Below the pieces are notes generated by a model. It did no database searches. It saw only the letters and a list, made by a program, of their open reading frames with translations, and was not told where the DNA came from. A stretch of DNA of 64,000 bases, from contig OZ024743.1 in NCBI GenBank assembly GCA_964016885.1, positions 5,580,001 to 5,644,000 on the forward strand, read 5' to 3'. The stretch comes from Eledone cirrhosa. Lineage: Eukaryota. A program made the position numbers and the translations under genes. Shown piece by piece: positions 24,401-39,400 of the stretch (within the stretch, counting starts at the first letter, position 1; the number at the start of each line of letters is the position of its first letter).

Positions 24401-27400
24401 GACTCTGTCGAAGGCTTTCTCCAAGTCGACAAAAGCTAAGTATAGGGGTTTACTTTTAGCTAGGTACTTCTCCTGTAGTTGTCGTACAATGAAAAGAGCG
24501 TCTGTGGTACTTTTGCCTGACACAAACCCGAACTGCATTTCATCTAGATCAATTCTCTCTCTGATTAGTTGCGCTATTACTTTTTCCGTGACCTTCATGA
24601 CCTGGTCGATTAATTTAATGCCTCTATAGTTACTCCTATCTAGGGCATCTCCTTTTCCCTTATAGCAGTTAACGATGATGCTGCTACGCCATTCCTTCGG
24701 AACAACCCCATTCTGTACGACTTGGTTAACTATCCGGGTGACCATGGTGTGTCCCACCGAACCAGATGCCTTCAGCATCTCAGCAACTATTTCCGAAGGC
24801 CCAGCCGCCTTACCCGTCTTCATATCTTTGATTGCCTTACTTATTATACTACCTTCAACTAACACTGCTGGTCCCTCTATTGGGTCGATCTGGGGGAGAC
24901 TGTCTTTCTCCCATTTGTTCTCCTCATTTAGAAGCCTTTCGTAGTGACACTTCCAAGCTACCTTCTTATCAGCGTCGGTGATGGCAAGTATGCCATCATC
25001 GTTAAGTACACACTTCTCCCCGACAATATCACGGTTTTCCTTGACACATTGCCTGGCAATCCTGAACACCTCACGTTTTTGGTCCTCACGTTGTAGAACA
25101 TGCTTGAACTTTCTTTCCTCTGCTTCCCTTCTTGCGAAGTACACTTGTCTCCTAGCTTCCCTCCTGGCCACTTGATAGTCTTCTCTACTTCCCCCATCCC
25201 GCCATACTTTCCAAGCCTGCTTTTTGGCCTTAATTGACTCCTCCACCTTACTGTTCCACCACCATGTTACTCTCCTCCTACCTACAGGCCTGCTCCAGCC
25301 ACAGACTTCGTCTGCCGCCGTCAGCAGGTTTGCTCTCAGGAATTCCCACTGTTCCTCTATATTATACGACTCTAATTGCTCTTCCTTACTGTCGAAAGCG
25401 TCAAGTAATTTGCTTTGAAATTTATTTCTGGCTATGGGGTCCTTTAGCTTCCATATTTTTCTCCTGAGGATAGTCCTCTTTCGCTGTCTAGTACGTCTCG
25501 TCCTGACTATGAGGTCGCTAATTATCAGTCTATGTTGGGAGGTGAATTCTTCATGGGGGTGGGATTTAGTGTTAACAACAGACACTCTGTCACGTCTTCT
25601 GGTAAGGATATAATCTACCTGGCTTGTGTGTTCCCCCGATCTATAGGTGATCAAGTGATTGTCTCGTTTTTTGAAGTTAGTGTTACAGATAGTTAAGTTA
25701 TTTGCGTCGCAGAATTCCAGGATTCTGGAGCCTTCCTCATTTCTAGTACCGAACCCATAGCCTCCATGGATTCCGTCATAGCCGTCACAATGTTGTCCAA
25801 CGTGACCATTTAGGTCGCCTGCAATAACTATATAGTCACTGTCGGTTATTTGGGAGGTAGCGAGCATCAGTGTCTCGTAGAATCTGTCTTTTATAGCGCG
25901 GGGCTGTCCGGATTGGGGTGCGTACGCAGATATTACTGTCACCGTAGTTTTATTGAGGACAAGTCTTGTTTTAATTATTCTGTCGTTCACTCTATTTACG
26001 TCTATTATCTTATCTGCCCACTTTTCTGCTACCATGATTCCTACCCCACCCAACCCATTGTCATTTCCCACCCAGAAAAGCTTATAGCATCGCTCTTTAC
26101 CCACGATGAATCTAGCCGACCCTCCCCTCCACCTGGTCTCTTGAATACAACAAACATCGACCTCCTTACGTTCAAGCATTTCTACAACCTCGTTAGAGCG
26201 ACCCTTTAAGGTGCCTACATTCATGGTACCAACTCTGAAGTTTTGGATTGCGTTTGGAGGGTGGGAGCGGTGGGGCGCGGGGGGGGATGGGGTTATGTTA
26301 GCCATCCTGGGCCGAAACAAGGAGGAGTGCTTGCATTTAATGATACTTCATAACAATTATAATATATATAAGATTATATTTCAAGATATTAAAAGATTTT
26401 CTAAAAGAAGAGGTTGTCTTATGAGAAGTATATAGAATCATAACCTTTAAATTCTCTAATAGAAATTATTGAAAAAATTGACAGATTCTTAAAATAATGT
26501 ACTAAGTAAGGTAATAACACATGAGCTAATGAAACCTTACTGATGTGATTACACAAATAACAATAAATATCAAACTGAATACTAGTGTAAACATAATGAA
26601 CAATTTTACTAATCATCTCGTACAAAAAAAAACCCTTCATGGATTGCAGTAAAGAAAAATACTGCTGTGATCCCCAAGCCTAAATTATGAACCCTTTTCA
26701 TACCAAACCTTGTGAAACTGCCCCTGGCTCTATGATACTAAACTGTTTGTTTTCAAGTGTTTATATTCATCTAAAAGATTTCTGTCATAATTTTATGTAA
26801 GAACCTAACACCATCTTAATAATGAGAAAGTTATATTACTAAATTCCTCCAAATTCTTTGAAAATCATAGGCAGTATCCTTCATTAGAAATATGATAATG
26901 AAAGGGTTAAAGTAAAACGCTTAATGGTAAATGATAATTTGTCAGCTTATACAATGAGTAACACAAAATGAACATTTGTGGAGGAAACTTTAAAAATAAT
27001 CGTATATGCTAGTGGCTTTGTAATGAGGACTATAGGGTAAAAAGTCAATTACTTTTTTAAATATTTTTTTTACTCGTGGACTGCAATTTGAGCATCTGCA
27101 AGGATAACTGAAGCAACCATTATTTTACAATGAGATGTCATTTCTAACATCTGACTAGTAAAAAGAGGTTGCTGTTATTTAAATAAAGTTGTCTCTTACT
27201 TAAGAACAGCATAGAGCAGACCTAATAATAATGTATTGAGCTGTGTGCTTTTGAAGCCAGCAATCTAACTATTCAGTCACAGAACCATAAATTATGGGAT
27301 GGGGTCGATGAAAAGGGGGCAAAAGAACACTGATTTAGTAGTATTGGACTACCACCTGAAAAATCAGTGAATCATATCGATTCACTGATTTTTTACCTCT

Positions 27401-30400
27401 TTTTACTAGTCAGATGTTAGAAATGACATCTATACCAGCTCTTAACTGTGCCTAACATACTTTGTAACCACTGTTTCAATCAATTTTAGTTAGGCATTAC
27501 ATATAAATACAGAATAAAATTATACAATGAACATTGTATAATTGCCAACTGTTTCATTAGCTTACCATGTTGAGTACAAGTGACCTTATATGAGCTAAGA
27601 ATAGGGCAACACAAAACTGATCTGATGTATTATTCATTTTATTTTTTTGTATCTTATGAGATACGAAAATTAGTAGAATTATCAGGAGTTCAATATAAAC
27701 TCTGATTGTATAAAGCAACCCAAAATATTTTTTCTCAAAATCTCTATAATTTTTTTTTTATATTTTTGTAATACAACTTCTACAATACCTTTTCCTTTCC
27801 ACTTCAACTTGGCAACTGACTGACTGAAATCTACATGTATTCGTCGATCATCAATCAAGACATTATCCATTTTAAAATAGGCATTCTCACATTCATCAGG
27901 CTACCATAAAAAAAATAAAAAAATTAAATAAATACAAAATTATTAATATTATAACATTAATTTGTGACAAGAATATAAAGTTTAAAAAAAAAACATAAAT
28001 ATGATATAAAGCTGAAAATAAAACTGAATAAAAATTGGAATACATGTTTGGTAAGATAAAATGCCCTAGGAAAGTATGCAGTCAATGAAATAGACCCCTA
28101 TTGATTATATGAGAATGTAACAAAACAAACAGTTCCTTACTCAATATCATCAGCACAGAGTTAGCTACCTGCAGGTGTGAGCCTTGTGAGTTGGAATGGC
28201 TGTTCCAGCACGTCTCACTCACCATCCTCCAGGGAAAAGCTTTCTCTATTCTGTCCGCTGGGGCCGCAAGGTGGCCAGCACATGCACCTCTATTTGCTTA
28301 TAATAGTGAGAGATGGGGATAGACGGAGGAGTTTGATTCCATTGTGTTCGGACCTGGTGTATATATACATATGTGTATATGTGTTAATAGATTGTTATTT
28401 TGAATTCAGTTATGTTCGTTATTGTCACTGACCATCACAGTGTATACCATGTCCTGTTGTCAGTGCTGTACACTGTAACGATGCCAAAATAATTAACTCT
28501 AAACAACCAAGTCTACATAGCTCTAAGTAAATACCACAATTTACTGTGATGTAGCTGGTTAATTGTAAACAGTTTATCATTTACTACAGGTTAATTTTTA
28601 TTTCATGCTTTAGACTGTCAGCAGTAATTAAAGAAGTTTGAAATATTTGTTTCTAAACAAAGAAGTGGTAAAGTTAATGTTAACATGGAAAAGACAATTG
28701 AATAAGAAAAAAAGAAGCTTATTGCTATCAAAGAATAAAAAGAAATGTATTAACCTTTTCAAATTCAATAAATGCATACTGCAAGGATTCTTTAGTTTTT
28801 GAGTCTTTGATCACCTCACAGCTATATACATGAAAATAAAATCATATAGACATGAAAAGAAAACACATACATATATCATTAAAGATTAAATCACCTCCAC
28901 GCATAAGAAACTTCTCTATTATTATGGATTGGCAGTATCGGTAGAGCATCAGACAACATGCTTTACGGCATATTATTATGATTCTTAATGTTCCATCGAG
29001 GTTAGCTTTGCCCCTATTTATCTACTATTTCTAGCATACATATGGACCACAATGAAGTTTCCCCTATTTAGCTGCTATATCTAGCACACCCATGGACCAC
29101 CACAAGGTTCCCCTTGTTTAGCTGCTATTTCTATCACACTTATAGATCACCATGAAGTTTGCCTACTTAGCTGCTATTTCTAGCACACGTAAGGACCACG
29201 ATGAGGATCCCCCTATTTAGCTGCCATTTCTAGCACACCTATGGGACACCAAGAAGTTCCACCTACTTAGCTGATATTTCTAGCACACTTATGGACCACT
29301 ATAAGGTTCCCCCTGTTTAGCTGATGTAGCTGCTATTTCTAGCCCGCTTATGGACCACCATGAGATTCCACCTATTTAGCTGCTATTTCTAGCACATCTG
29401 TAAACTATGAGGATATCCCAATTTAGCTGCCATTTTTAGCATAGCTACAGACCACCATGATGTTCCCTCTATTTATCTGTTATTTCTAGCACATCTATAA
29501 ACTATGAGGTTCCACCTATTTAGCTATTTCTAGCACAGGTATGGACCACGATGAAGGTCCCCCTATTTAGCTGCCATTTCTAGCACACCTATGGACCACC
29601 ATGAGGTTCCACCTATTTAGCTGCTATTTCTATGAACAATTATGGCGAGATCCCTATTTAGCTGCCATTTCTAGCCTACCTACAGACCACCATGAGGTTC
29701 CATCTATTTATCTGTTATTTCTAGCACATCTATGAGGTTCCCCCCATTTAGCTGCTATTTCTAGCACACCTATAGATCACCATGAAGTCTGCCTACTTAG
29801 CTGCTATTTCTAGCACACGTATGGACCACGATGAGGATCCCCCTACTTAGCTGCCATTTCTAACACAACTATGGGCCACCATGAGGTTCCACCTATTTAG
29901 CTGCTATTTCTAGCACATCTATGGACCACGATAAGGTTCCCCTATGTAGCTGCTATTTCTAACACCTATGGACCACCATATGGTTCCCCCTGTTTAGCTG
30001 ATGTAGCTGCTATTTCTAGCACGCTTATGGACCACCATGAGGTTCCACCTATTTAGCTGCTATTTCTAGCACATCTGTGAACAACTGAGGTTCCCCCTAT
30101 TTAGCTGCTATTTCTAGCACACCTAAGGAACACCATGAGTAACCCCCTGTTTAGTTATGTAGCTGTTATTCCTAGCAAACCTATGGACCACCACGAGGTT
30201 CTCCCTAATTAGCTGCTATTTCTCGCACACCTATAGATCGCCATGAGGTTCCCCCTGTTTAGCTAATGTAGCTGCTATTTTTAGCACACCTATGGACCAC
30301 AATAAACCTCCCCTTATTTAGCTGCTATTACGAGCGCAACTATGGACCACTATGAGGTTCCCCATGTTTAGCTGATGTAGCTGCTATTTCTAACACACGT

Positions 30401-33400
30401 ATGGACCACCATGAGGTACCTGCTATTTAGCTGCTATTTCTAACACACCTATAGACTACCATGATGTTCCCCCTATGGACCACCATGAGGTGCTATTAAA
30501 TTAATTGTTTCTACTTTTTGGCACAAGGCCAGCAATTACCCAGTGCATTACTGGTACTTTAGTTTATCGACCCCCGTAAGAATGAAAGGCAAAGTTAACC
30601 TCGGCGGGATTCGAACTCAGAATGGCAAGGGCCGTAACTCTATGCGTCAAAGCATGGCGTCCAACCCTCTACCGATACTGCCAATCCACCGCCCTAGGTG
30701 CTATTAAATTAATAATGTAGGAAGTGAGTTGATCCAAGCATAGCTATTGATAGCGTGTTGTGTTGTTAGCTTTGATATTGCTTCTTAGTTTGTTTCTGTA
30801 TTTTATTGTTTCTAGTCCTACCCATGCTAGCATGGAAAATGGATGTTAAACGATGATGATTGTGATGATGATGTTTCCTTGCATAAAGAGAAATGTTTTG
30901 TTTTTTTTATTTCCATGTTTCTTTGTTACATTTATCAGTCATGTTCTATTTGTTTCTATATACTTTTTCTAGCTCATCTGTTGTTATTTCATAGTAGTTT
31001 TCTATTTGTGTCAAGCCACCCTCCTTGTGTACAGAATATTCTGTTTATGTCAACTTTTGGGTGGTGGCTTCGGTATGCTGTCAGTATTTTTGTGGGGGCT
31101 TTCTGTCTGGTCATATCTTCTCATTGGTCTAGTCTTTTGCTGTTAATTCAAATCAACCCATTCCATTTGAAGTTTTCTTACAGTTAACATTTAACCCTTT
31201 AGCATATCCAGCCAAAATTTTCTCACCTCTTGCTATTCAAACCAGCCATAACTAGCCACTCATACTGGTGTTAAAGTATTGTTCTCAAAATAAATATCAA
31301 AATCTCATAGATTCGATATTATGTGAAGTAAAGCCTTTACCACAAAAATACAATAGTAATATTGATTTAATGTAAATGCTAAAAGTCAAATAATTGTTTC
31401 TACTTTTTAGCACAAGGCCAGCAATTATCCCAGTGTATTACTGGTACTTTATTTTATCGACCCCGTAAGGATGAAAGGCAAAGTTAACCTCGGCTGGATT
31501 TGAACTCAGTCCGTAAAGGGACGTAACTGTGCTACAAAGCATGGCGCCCGACCCTCTACCGATACTGCCAATCCACAAAAGTCAAATAATGATACATAAT
31601 TGAATAGTGACAATAGTTATAAATTGGACTCTTATATTGTTGGTTCATCAGTAACTTAATATTTTTTTCTTTTGTTTTCATACAACATTTATTGATTAGC
31701 ATGAGTTGAATTAGTTTGTAATGAAAGGAGAAATGTTGCTATTTGTCTACATTTATCACAGCTAAAATATATCACAATAAGAATGGTCATTATAGTGTTG
31801 CTTCATCAGCAGCAGCAAAATGATCAATTTTGGGGTTGAATATCTGAATATTCAAATACTAAAATTTTTCAGAATAATCCTATTAACATAAACATTATAG
31901 ATACATTTTTAAAAAGTAGACTATGAGATAAGTTATTCAGAAGTAGATAATGGGGATGGGTGTAGAGGTATTCCTTCAGTGGTAATTGGCTTAAATCCAC
32001 TGAAATATAATAAATTTAATGAATTTGCTAAATGTCAGGTGACAGATAATTACCTGACAACAAAGATCTATCTTTGTCTCTTAGCAAAGGCCTGTCCCTA
32101 AAAAAAAAAAAAGAAGTGCTTACCTACGAATATTACCAAAACGAGAAAAGATAATTTCCAAATCTTCTTCTGTTGTAACAGGGTTTAATTTGCAGACAAA
32201 CAAAACATTTTCAGGTGGTGCAACATCCACATCAGGAAGATCTCCAACCTAGAGAAGAGAGACAGAGGAACTGAGGATGATGATGATGGTGGTGGTGATA
32301 GTGTTGTGGTTGTGGTGGTGATAGTGGTGTGGTCGTGGTTACGGTAGTGATAACAACAAAGGTGGTCAAGATAATGGTGATACTTCACTACAGCAAAGTA
32401 GTGATAAGCACCAAGTCACACAAATCAAAGCCATTAGAAAAGATCTTTAAATATTAGCATGAAAAGCATCAACTTCTAATAATTGAGTTAACAACCAATT
32501 GGTAGCACGGCTATCTTAACAACAATATAGGGTCCTGCACAAACCAATGCATGGGACTCCTACAAACACAACAAAATACATAGATTATAGCAGTGGGCCC
32601 CTAAACCTTGTGGTTCCCCAGGCAACTGACTAGTGTACCCATGCCTTAACCCTTTCATGACTGCATTTTTAATGAAATACACTCAATTTCAATTAATTCA
32701 GAATTTTGAGGGATTTACTAAAATTACTAAGATAGTAACTTAATGTAAGGTTCTTATATAAAATTATGTTAGATTTTAATTTAAATTAGAAACCTTTAAA
32801 ATGGGTAGTTTTATTTCATAGAACCCAACCGGATTTGCCTGGGTTGGTAACAAAAGGGTTAAAATGGCATTAATTGGTAACCAATAATAGCAAACAGCTA
32901 CAAACTTATATTTCATAAACATTTATTGAAAATACATCATTACAATATATCAATTATTTTTTTACTTGGAGAAAATTCTAAAGAGAAATGTAAGTATTGC
33001 TGACTTACCATTTCTAGAATCTGGGCATTAGACTTGGCTTCTTTTTGTTCCATAAGTTCTTTTAATTCTTCTTCCTTCATACCTTTGGTGTCATCAAGTT
33101 CTTCAGTATCACCAATACGGTCACTCTACAATATCATTTTTATTACAATGAAAATCATTTCCAAACACAATTTGACTTCCACAATTTCTTACTTAAAACA
33201 TTTATGATAAGTCATTAATTTAACTGATATATAATAAACAAAATGACAGTTGCTTTTCAGCAAATATACTATTATTCTTAATTAAATACATTTCAATTTA
33301 TATTCCATATATTTTTAAACACAAAACAAAATGAAAAAATGGTTATGTCTGTGTACTAAACTCAATGCTTTTGCAAAATCTCTCATATCTATAGCTTCCT

Positions 33401-36400
33401 ATATTGAGATAACATTTCTCTGTACATTATCCAATAGTGGTTCTTCATTGCCTTCTGATACACAAGAAAACTAAGATTTCTATAAGTATATAAGTGGTAG
33501 CAATGATGTTCATGTTTTTTTCTGGGAGATTAGAGATTTAAGATGAAATAAATATAACCAGTAATTAAGTCACATTAAATTCAATGTACCAGCAGCCTAT
33601 CTTATAGTACAGTGATCAGAGATAAAAAGGATTTCTAACATTGGTTTAAGGCCACAAATTTCGAGGTAGGGGTGAAGTTAATTTAATCAAAGTCAGTACT
33701 GAACTGATGTTTTAATCAAAGTCAGTACTGGAATGGTGTTTTAAAGGCAGTGAATTGGCAGGCATTAAAGTACTAAACAGAATGCCTTACAATATTTATT
33801 TTAGTTGTGTTCATACTCAATTAAATTCAAATTTGCCTTTCACCCTTCAGAGGTCAATAAACAACTACTTGTCAAAATGATTAGAAGGTGCAATTGTAAT
33901 TTTACAATTTTACAGTATGGCCACAGATTACTGCACTCATTATCTAAATGGATTGAGAAGAGCTTAGTGTCTTATCCACTGACACAAGGCATTATTCAAT
34001 GCCAGAGTAACTTGGCTGTACAAACAATGAATAGCACAGAGTTTGATATTTACTGCCTCTCACTCATTGATAATGTTATGCATGTTATAAAATATTTTAT
34101 AAAAAACAAGTGTGATTAGAAAATCATCTTTTACTTCAAGTTGTTCTTTTGTAGGCTCAGGTGACATTGCAGGAATGTCCAAATGCATTGGATCGTCATA
34201 AGGATCATCTATAATAACTGTATGGTAAATCCTGTTTGAAAAAGTAGAAATGTATATATACATATATAAATGTGTGTAAGGATGTGGGAGTAAGTATGAG
34301 TGTTATATATGTTTGTAGAACACTGTGTGTGTATAGAAATTCGTTTTCATTTTCTTTTTACTGTTTTGAATTCATGTTAATGTTTGTATAAATGGGGTGG
34401 TTCATTTGTTGAAGAAATTGCTTTTAAAGTTGGATGCAAACCACTCAAGTGAAGAAATGCAACATACTTTTCAGTCATCAGACAAACTAGAGCAGAGTTA
34501 TGTACCTTGCCCAAAGACAAATGTGATTTGTAGTTTAACAACACAACCTCACAACTTCACACATCATATTATATATTGCAAATAATCACATACTTTTGAG
34601 GTTGCATCTTATCTTTTAAGTACAACAAACCAATTCAAATAAATAAAATTATAGTACCTTTAAACATTTCATCCATTACTTACAGCTAACTCATGCTAGT
34701 AAGTTGCTAATATAACAGGATATCTCGCTCAATATCAACTGCATCAGAAATAAATAATATGCAATAGGAAGTAACCTCACCTGATATCGCGAAAAGGTCG
34801 ATGATCTTTATCACAATAAGCTTCATTTATCTTGTCAAGGATGTTGAAACCTTCAGCTACTTCTCCAAAGACTGTGTGAGTCCCATCTAGGTAATCCAGA
34901 TTATCTTGCAGAGTTATAAAGAACTAAGAAAATATAAAGTTATAACAATGAGATTAAAAATGTATCTATGATAATATGTTATTTTTGATAAAGTGTTTAA
35001 CATCTGAAGTATTACTTTACATCCAGTAAACATTGTGTGATTGGATAAGACACATTTCTGTACAGGAAATAAAATCACTTGATATATTGATTTTTCAAGG
35101 AAGACATATGAAATTGTGAGATAACAAAATTGATAGTAACACTTTTCTATACTGCAGATTTCTGTAACCCATGTCAGTGTGGAAACACGGGCATTAAAAA
35201 CAATGTTGCTGGTGGCATTGATAGTTAACCCTTTAGCATTTACATTACTCTATATATACTACTGTATATTCGCAGTAAAGGATTTATCTCACATACTATC
35301 GAATCTATGAGATTTTGATATCCATTTTGAGAACAATACCTTAACATAAGTATGAGCAGCCGGTTACGACTGGCTTGAACAGAAAGAGGTGAGAGAATTC
35401 TGGCCGGATATGGCCAGTTTAAATGCTAAGGGTTAAAGAACTCATACAAGAAAACAAACAAGGCAACAGTGGCCAGAACATTAGTTAAAGAATCCACGGC
35501 AAAAGTTTCCTTTTACTGTTTTACATCAATTTTCCATGCCAACATAGATGACATGTTTTATGTCGGAGTAGATAGATGGATAAGCAATATTAGACATGCA
35601 TGAGAAATGTTCATTGTGTATGGGCATAATAATTGTTTCTACTTTTGGTACAATGCCAGAAATTACTCAGTGCATTACTGGTACTTTATTTTATTGACTC
35701 CATAAGGATGAAAGGCAAAGTTAAACTCGGTGGGATTTGAACTCAGAATGACAAAGGCCGTAACTCTATGCGTCAAAGTATGGTGTCCGACCCTCTACCG
35801 ATACTGCCAATCCACCAATACCGATTAATGCAATATCTTTTGATTCAATAATCCATCTCTTGACACACTCTGTAATCTTACCACTTAATGTGTAGACCCA
35901 TTTAATTTATGCTACTACAACTAAATAAACATATACCTACGTCCCCAATTTCCCCACCCCACCCAAGTTCCCAACCCACTCCATAGTGTGGTCTCCCCTG
36001 GAGCCACAACAAAAGTGACCAGGAGGTGTCACAACAAAAGCTCCCAGCCCATACTGTAAAGTGGTCGTGTTGGTGACACGACAAAAAGCACCCACTACAT
36101 CCTGTAAATGTGGTTGGTGTTAGGAAGGGCATCCAGCTATAGAAACCAAGCCCAAATCAGTTCTGTTTGAGCGAAACATGGTCCTCCAACCTGATCCATC
36201 ACAAAGGGACAACTCGTCCTACCTAATGTGGAAAATGGACATATGATCTCTTGGGTACACAAGAGATGTAGTGGGATAGCAGGCAAACTAACAGGTAGGG
36301 AAAACTACGTATGCAGTAGATGTACAGGGAAAGTTGGCAGTAGTAATCGCAGTGATAGACACATTTTTCCAATGCAGGTGGGTTCTATAGAAGTGGTTGA

Positions 36401-39400
36401 CAGCTTCCGGTACCTAGGTGATCAGATTAGCATGGGTTGGAAGAAGTTTAGGGAGCTGCTTCCTCTGTTGGCAAAGAAGGGTTTCTCCCTGTGTATTAAA
36501 GGACGGTTATATGATGCCTGTATGAGATGCGTAATGCTGCATGGTAGTGAGACATGGGCAGCAACTGCAGAGGATATACGACGGCTGGAGAGAAATGAAG
36601 CAAGCATGCTCCGTTGGATGTGCAATGTCAATGTGCGTGAACAACCAAGCATAGATGAGTTGAGAAAGAAACTGGGTATAAGAGGGATAAGTTGTAGTGT
36701 GTGGGAGATGAGACTGCAATGGTATGGACATATGATGGGCATAGAGGATGACCGCTGGGTAAAGAAGTGCCAAGAAATCCCAGTGGAAGGAAGACGCAGT
36801 AGAGGAAGACCACAAAAAACATGGGCGGAGGTGGTGAGAGCAGACCTCAGATCGCTAAAATTCACGGAGGAGATGACGAAGGACCGTGACAAATGGAGAG
36901 ATGCTGTACTGAATAGGATCCGTCCCACCCTTGGAAGCAGGGAAAAGTGGACGTAAAATGATGATGAATACAGGCCTAGTCAAGTAAAATGGTTCGAATC
37001 AATTTATAATTAACTGAAACTCAAAGTGAAACTCACCATTTATCTTGTTAACCTTATTTTCTATACTGATAAAAACATGTGTTGCATAAATATACAGGAT
37101 TCAAAATAACCAAGGTTATAATAACTCAAGAAAGCATCAAATATGCTATTTCAAAATATTGAAATATTTTCAGATTTCTTTTTTAATGTTTAATTTGAAT
37201 GAAACTGAGAAAAGCAAACTTGTGAAATGGACTTCAAATGATATATAGTAATAAATAACATATTTTCACATTATTTTATGCTGAAAAATAGATTCTGAGC
37301 TATATTCCATTGCATATAATGATTGCTGAGCCTGATTCAACTGAATATGATTCCTGAGCCAGATTCAAGCTGGATTTAATTGAATACAGCAATTACTGAG
37401 CTAGATTCAACTGAATGTAATAATTACTGATCCAGATCCAATTAAATATGATTGCTGAGCCAGATTCAATTAGATATAGGATTTCCAACATAAGCTCAAG
37501 GTCACAAATTTTAGAGGACACGACAGTCAATTCAATGAACCCCAGTACTTCATTAGCACCTATTTTATCAAACCCAGATGAAAGGCAAAGTTGTTATCCA
37601 CCACTCTTCAATTGAATGCAATGTAATTAATAGAATAGGATGAGAATAGTTTTAGTACATTTGCAAGAGTCAAAAAACATTTAAAGCAAAGAAAAAAAAT
37701 AGTGCTTTTTATTTGTATTAATATAGAGAGAAATTTACCTGTGACCCATGCATATCATTTCCATTGTTCACCATAGATACTGTTCCTTTTTTCTTGTGTT
37801 TAATCTTTGGAACAATTTCCATTTCAAAGTACTGTGCCTGATCACCATACAATTTCCTGACAAATACACAAATACATATTAGATAACCAGTAATTAATTC
37901 CAATTAACAACACAAATTGTTTGTTTACTTTTAGGTACCTTCCCATCCACCTTCTAAGTATGATAATGTCCCTTTATTCAAAAGTAGTGATTTGAAAATG
38001 TGTAAGAAATTATAAGACTTTACATTTTTAAATATTCATTGCATGAAGTTGAACAAATTCATCAAAATTCTTGGTCATATTATTTATTTATAATTTGATA
38101 CTTTATTTTTTTTTATGTTAGAGGTGGGGGCAAAATATACATTTCTCTAATGAATTATATAAATACTACAATTTTCAAAATCATTCCATCTACATGCTAA
38201 CACTGAAGAAGGAATGTAAAAATATTTTAAATATACTTCAGTTGTGTCAATGATTTGAAAACATCCCTAGTGTTGGTGATCTACACAATAAACCCACCTA
38301 ATAAACTCTGTGAAGTGTTTGGTGATAAGAAGGGCACCCAGCCATAGAAAACCTGCCAAACAAAGTGTTGGGAAGACTCTTCAGCTGTGTTGAATACATG
38401 ACATTGAAAATACAAGATAGCTGATAAAAAGAGTTGCAATGCTGCTAATATCCACAAATGGTTACTACATTCAAAAGAAAAATGCAGTATTTTGATCACA
38501 AGTTTATGTAAAACCAGATATACTTACATGCAGTATTTTTAAAGTATCTCTGATGTTCTAGCTAACAATTGATAACAACATTTTAATAAAGCTTATCTAG
38601 CAGTCACTGAACTAAGCACATCGTACACTACTCACAACTGAGTGAAACTATCAACACAAAATATTCCTAATAAAGTTACACCTTCATTTTTGTAATACTG
38701 TAACATTTGGATAGAAAATGCTTACCGGAATACAGATTCTCCACCACGGCCACTTCCAGACGGATCTCCAGTCTGAGCAACAAGATTCCTCTACCAAAAA
38801 GAAAAATGATCATGCATTTAAATAAAAGGTGCTTAAGTATTTGTTTTAATGTATGAAAGAAGGAAATGCAGAGCTAGAGAAAGAGAGAGTGGGAGGAATG
38901 CACACACAGATTTCACTTCAAAGTTTATATTTCAAGCTAACATAAATTTCTGCATCAGATAAAATAAACAGTTACTAAATTAAAAGACAAGATAGATCTA
39001 ATCTACTGCTATCACAAAAAGACCTAACTCCATTTTACAACCTTTTTATTACCAACAGTTAATACCAACCTTAGAAAAACCAAAACTAACTTCAATATTT
39101 TATCTTGTAAACCATATTGGCATTCCTATTATTTCAACAGTTCAATTTCATACCTCATAAACTATGTCTTATAAATAGTTTCTAATGGGGTGAAATATAC
39201 ATTCATAGCTTTTGATTTGTGGCAGTTTGCTAGATTAAGTAATCATCTCTTGTAAGGAAAGATCAGATCACTACTTACAGAGGATTTGAATTCAAGACTT
39301 ATGAGCCAGTTAGCTAAAACTAAATTCGTCTTATTTACATTCATCATCATCATCATTTAAAGTCCATTTTCCCTGTTAGCAAGTGTTGGATGGGTCTTCA

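Noticed and set aside
26305-26400. HDV-like ribozyme or TSD at the RTE 5' end
   Set aside because: No nested pseudoknot or matching duplication recognised; sequence turns AT-rich within ~30 nt of the ATG
23484-26435. Multiple plus-strand ORFs overlapping the RTE (likewise antisense ORFs over other LINE copies)
   Set aside because: Antisense shadows of the RT ORF
29011-30492. CRISPR-like regular repeat
   Set aside because: Units are contiguous and homologous throughout with no unique spacers; eukaryotic intron, no cas genes
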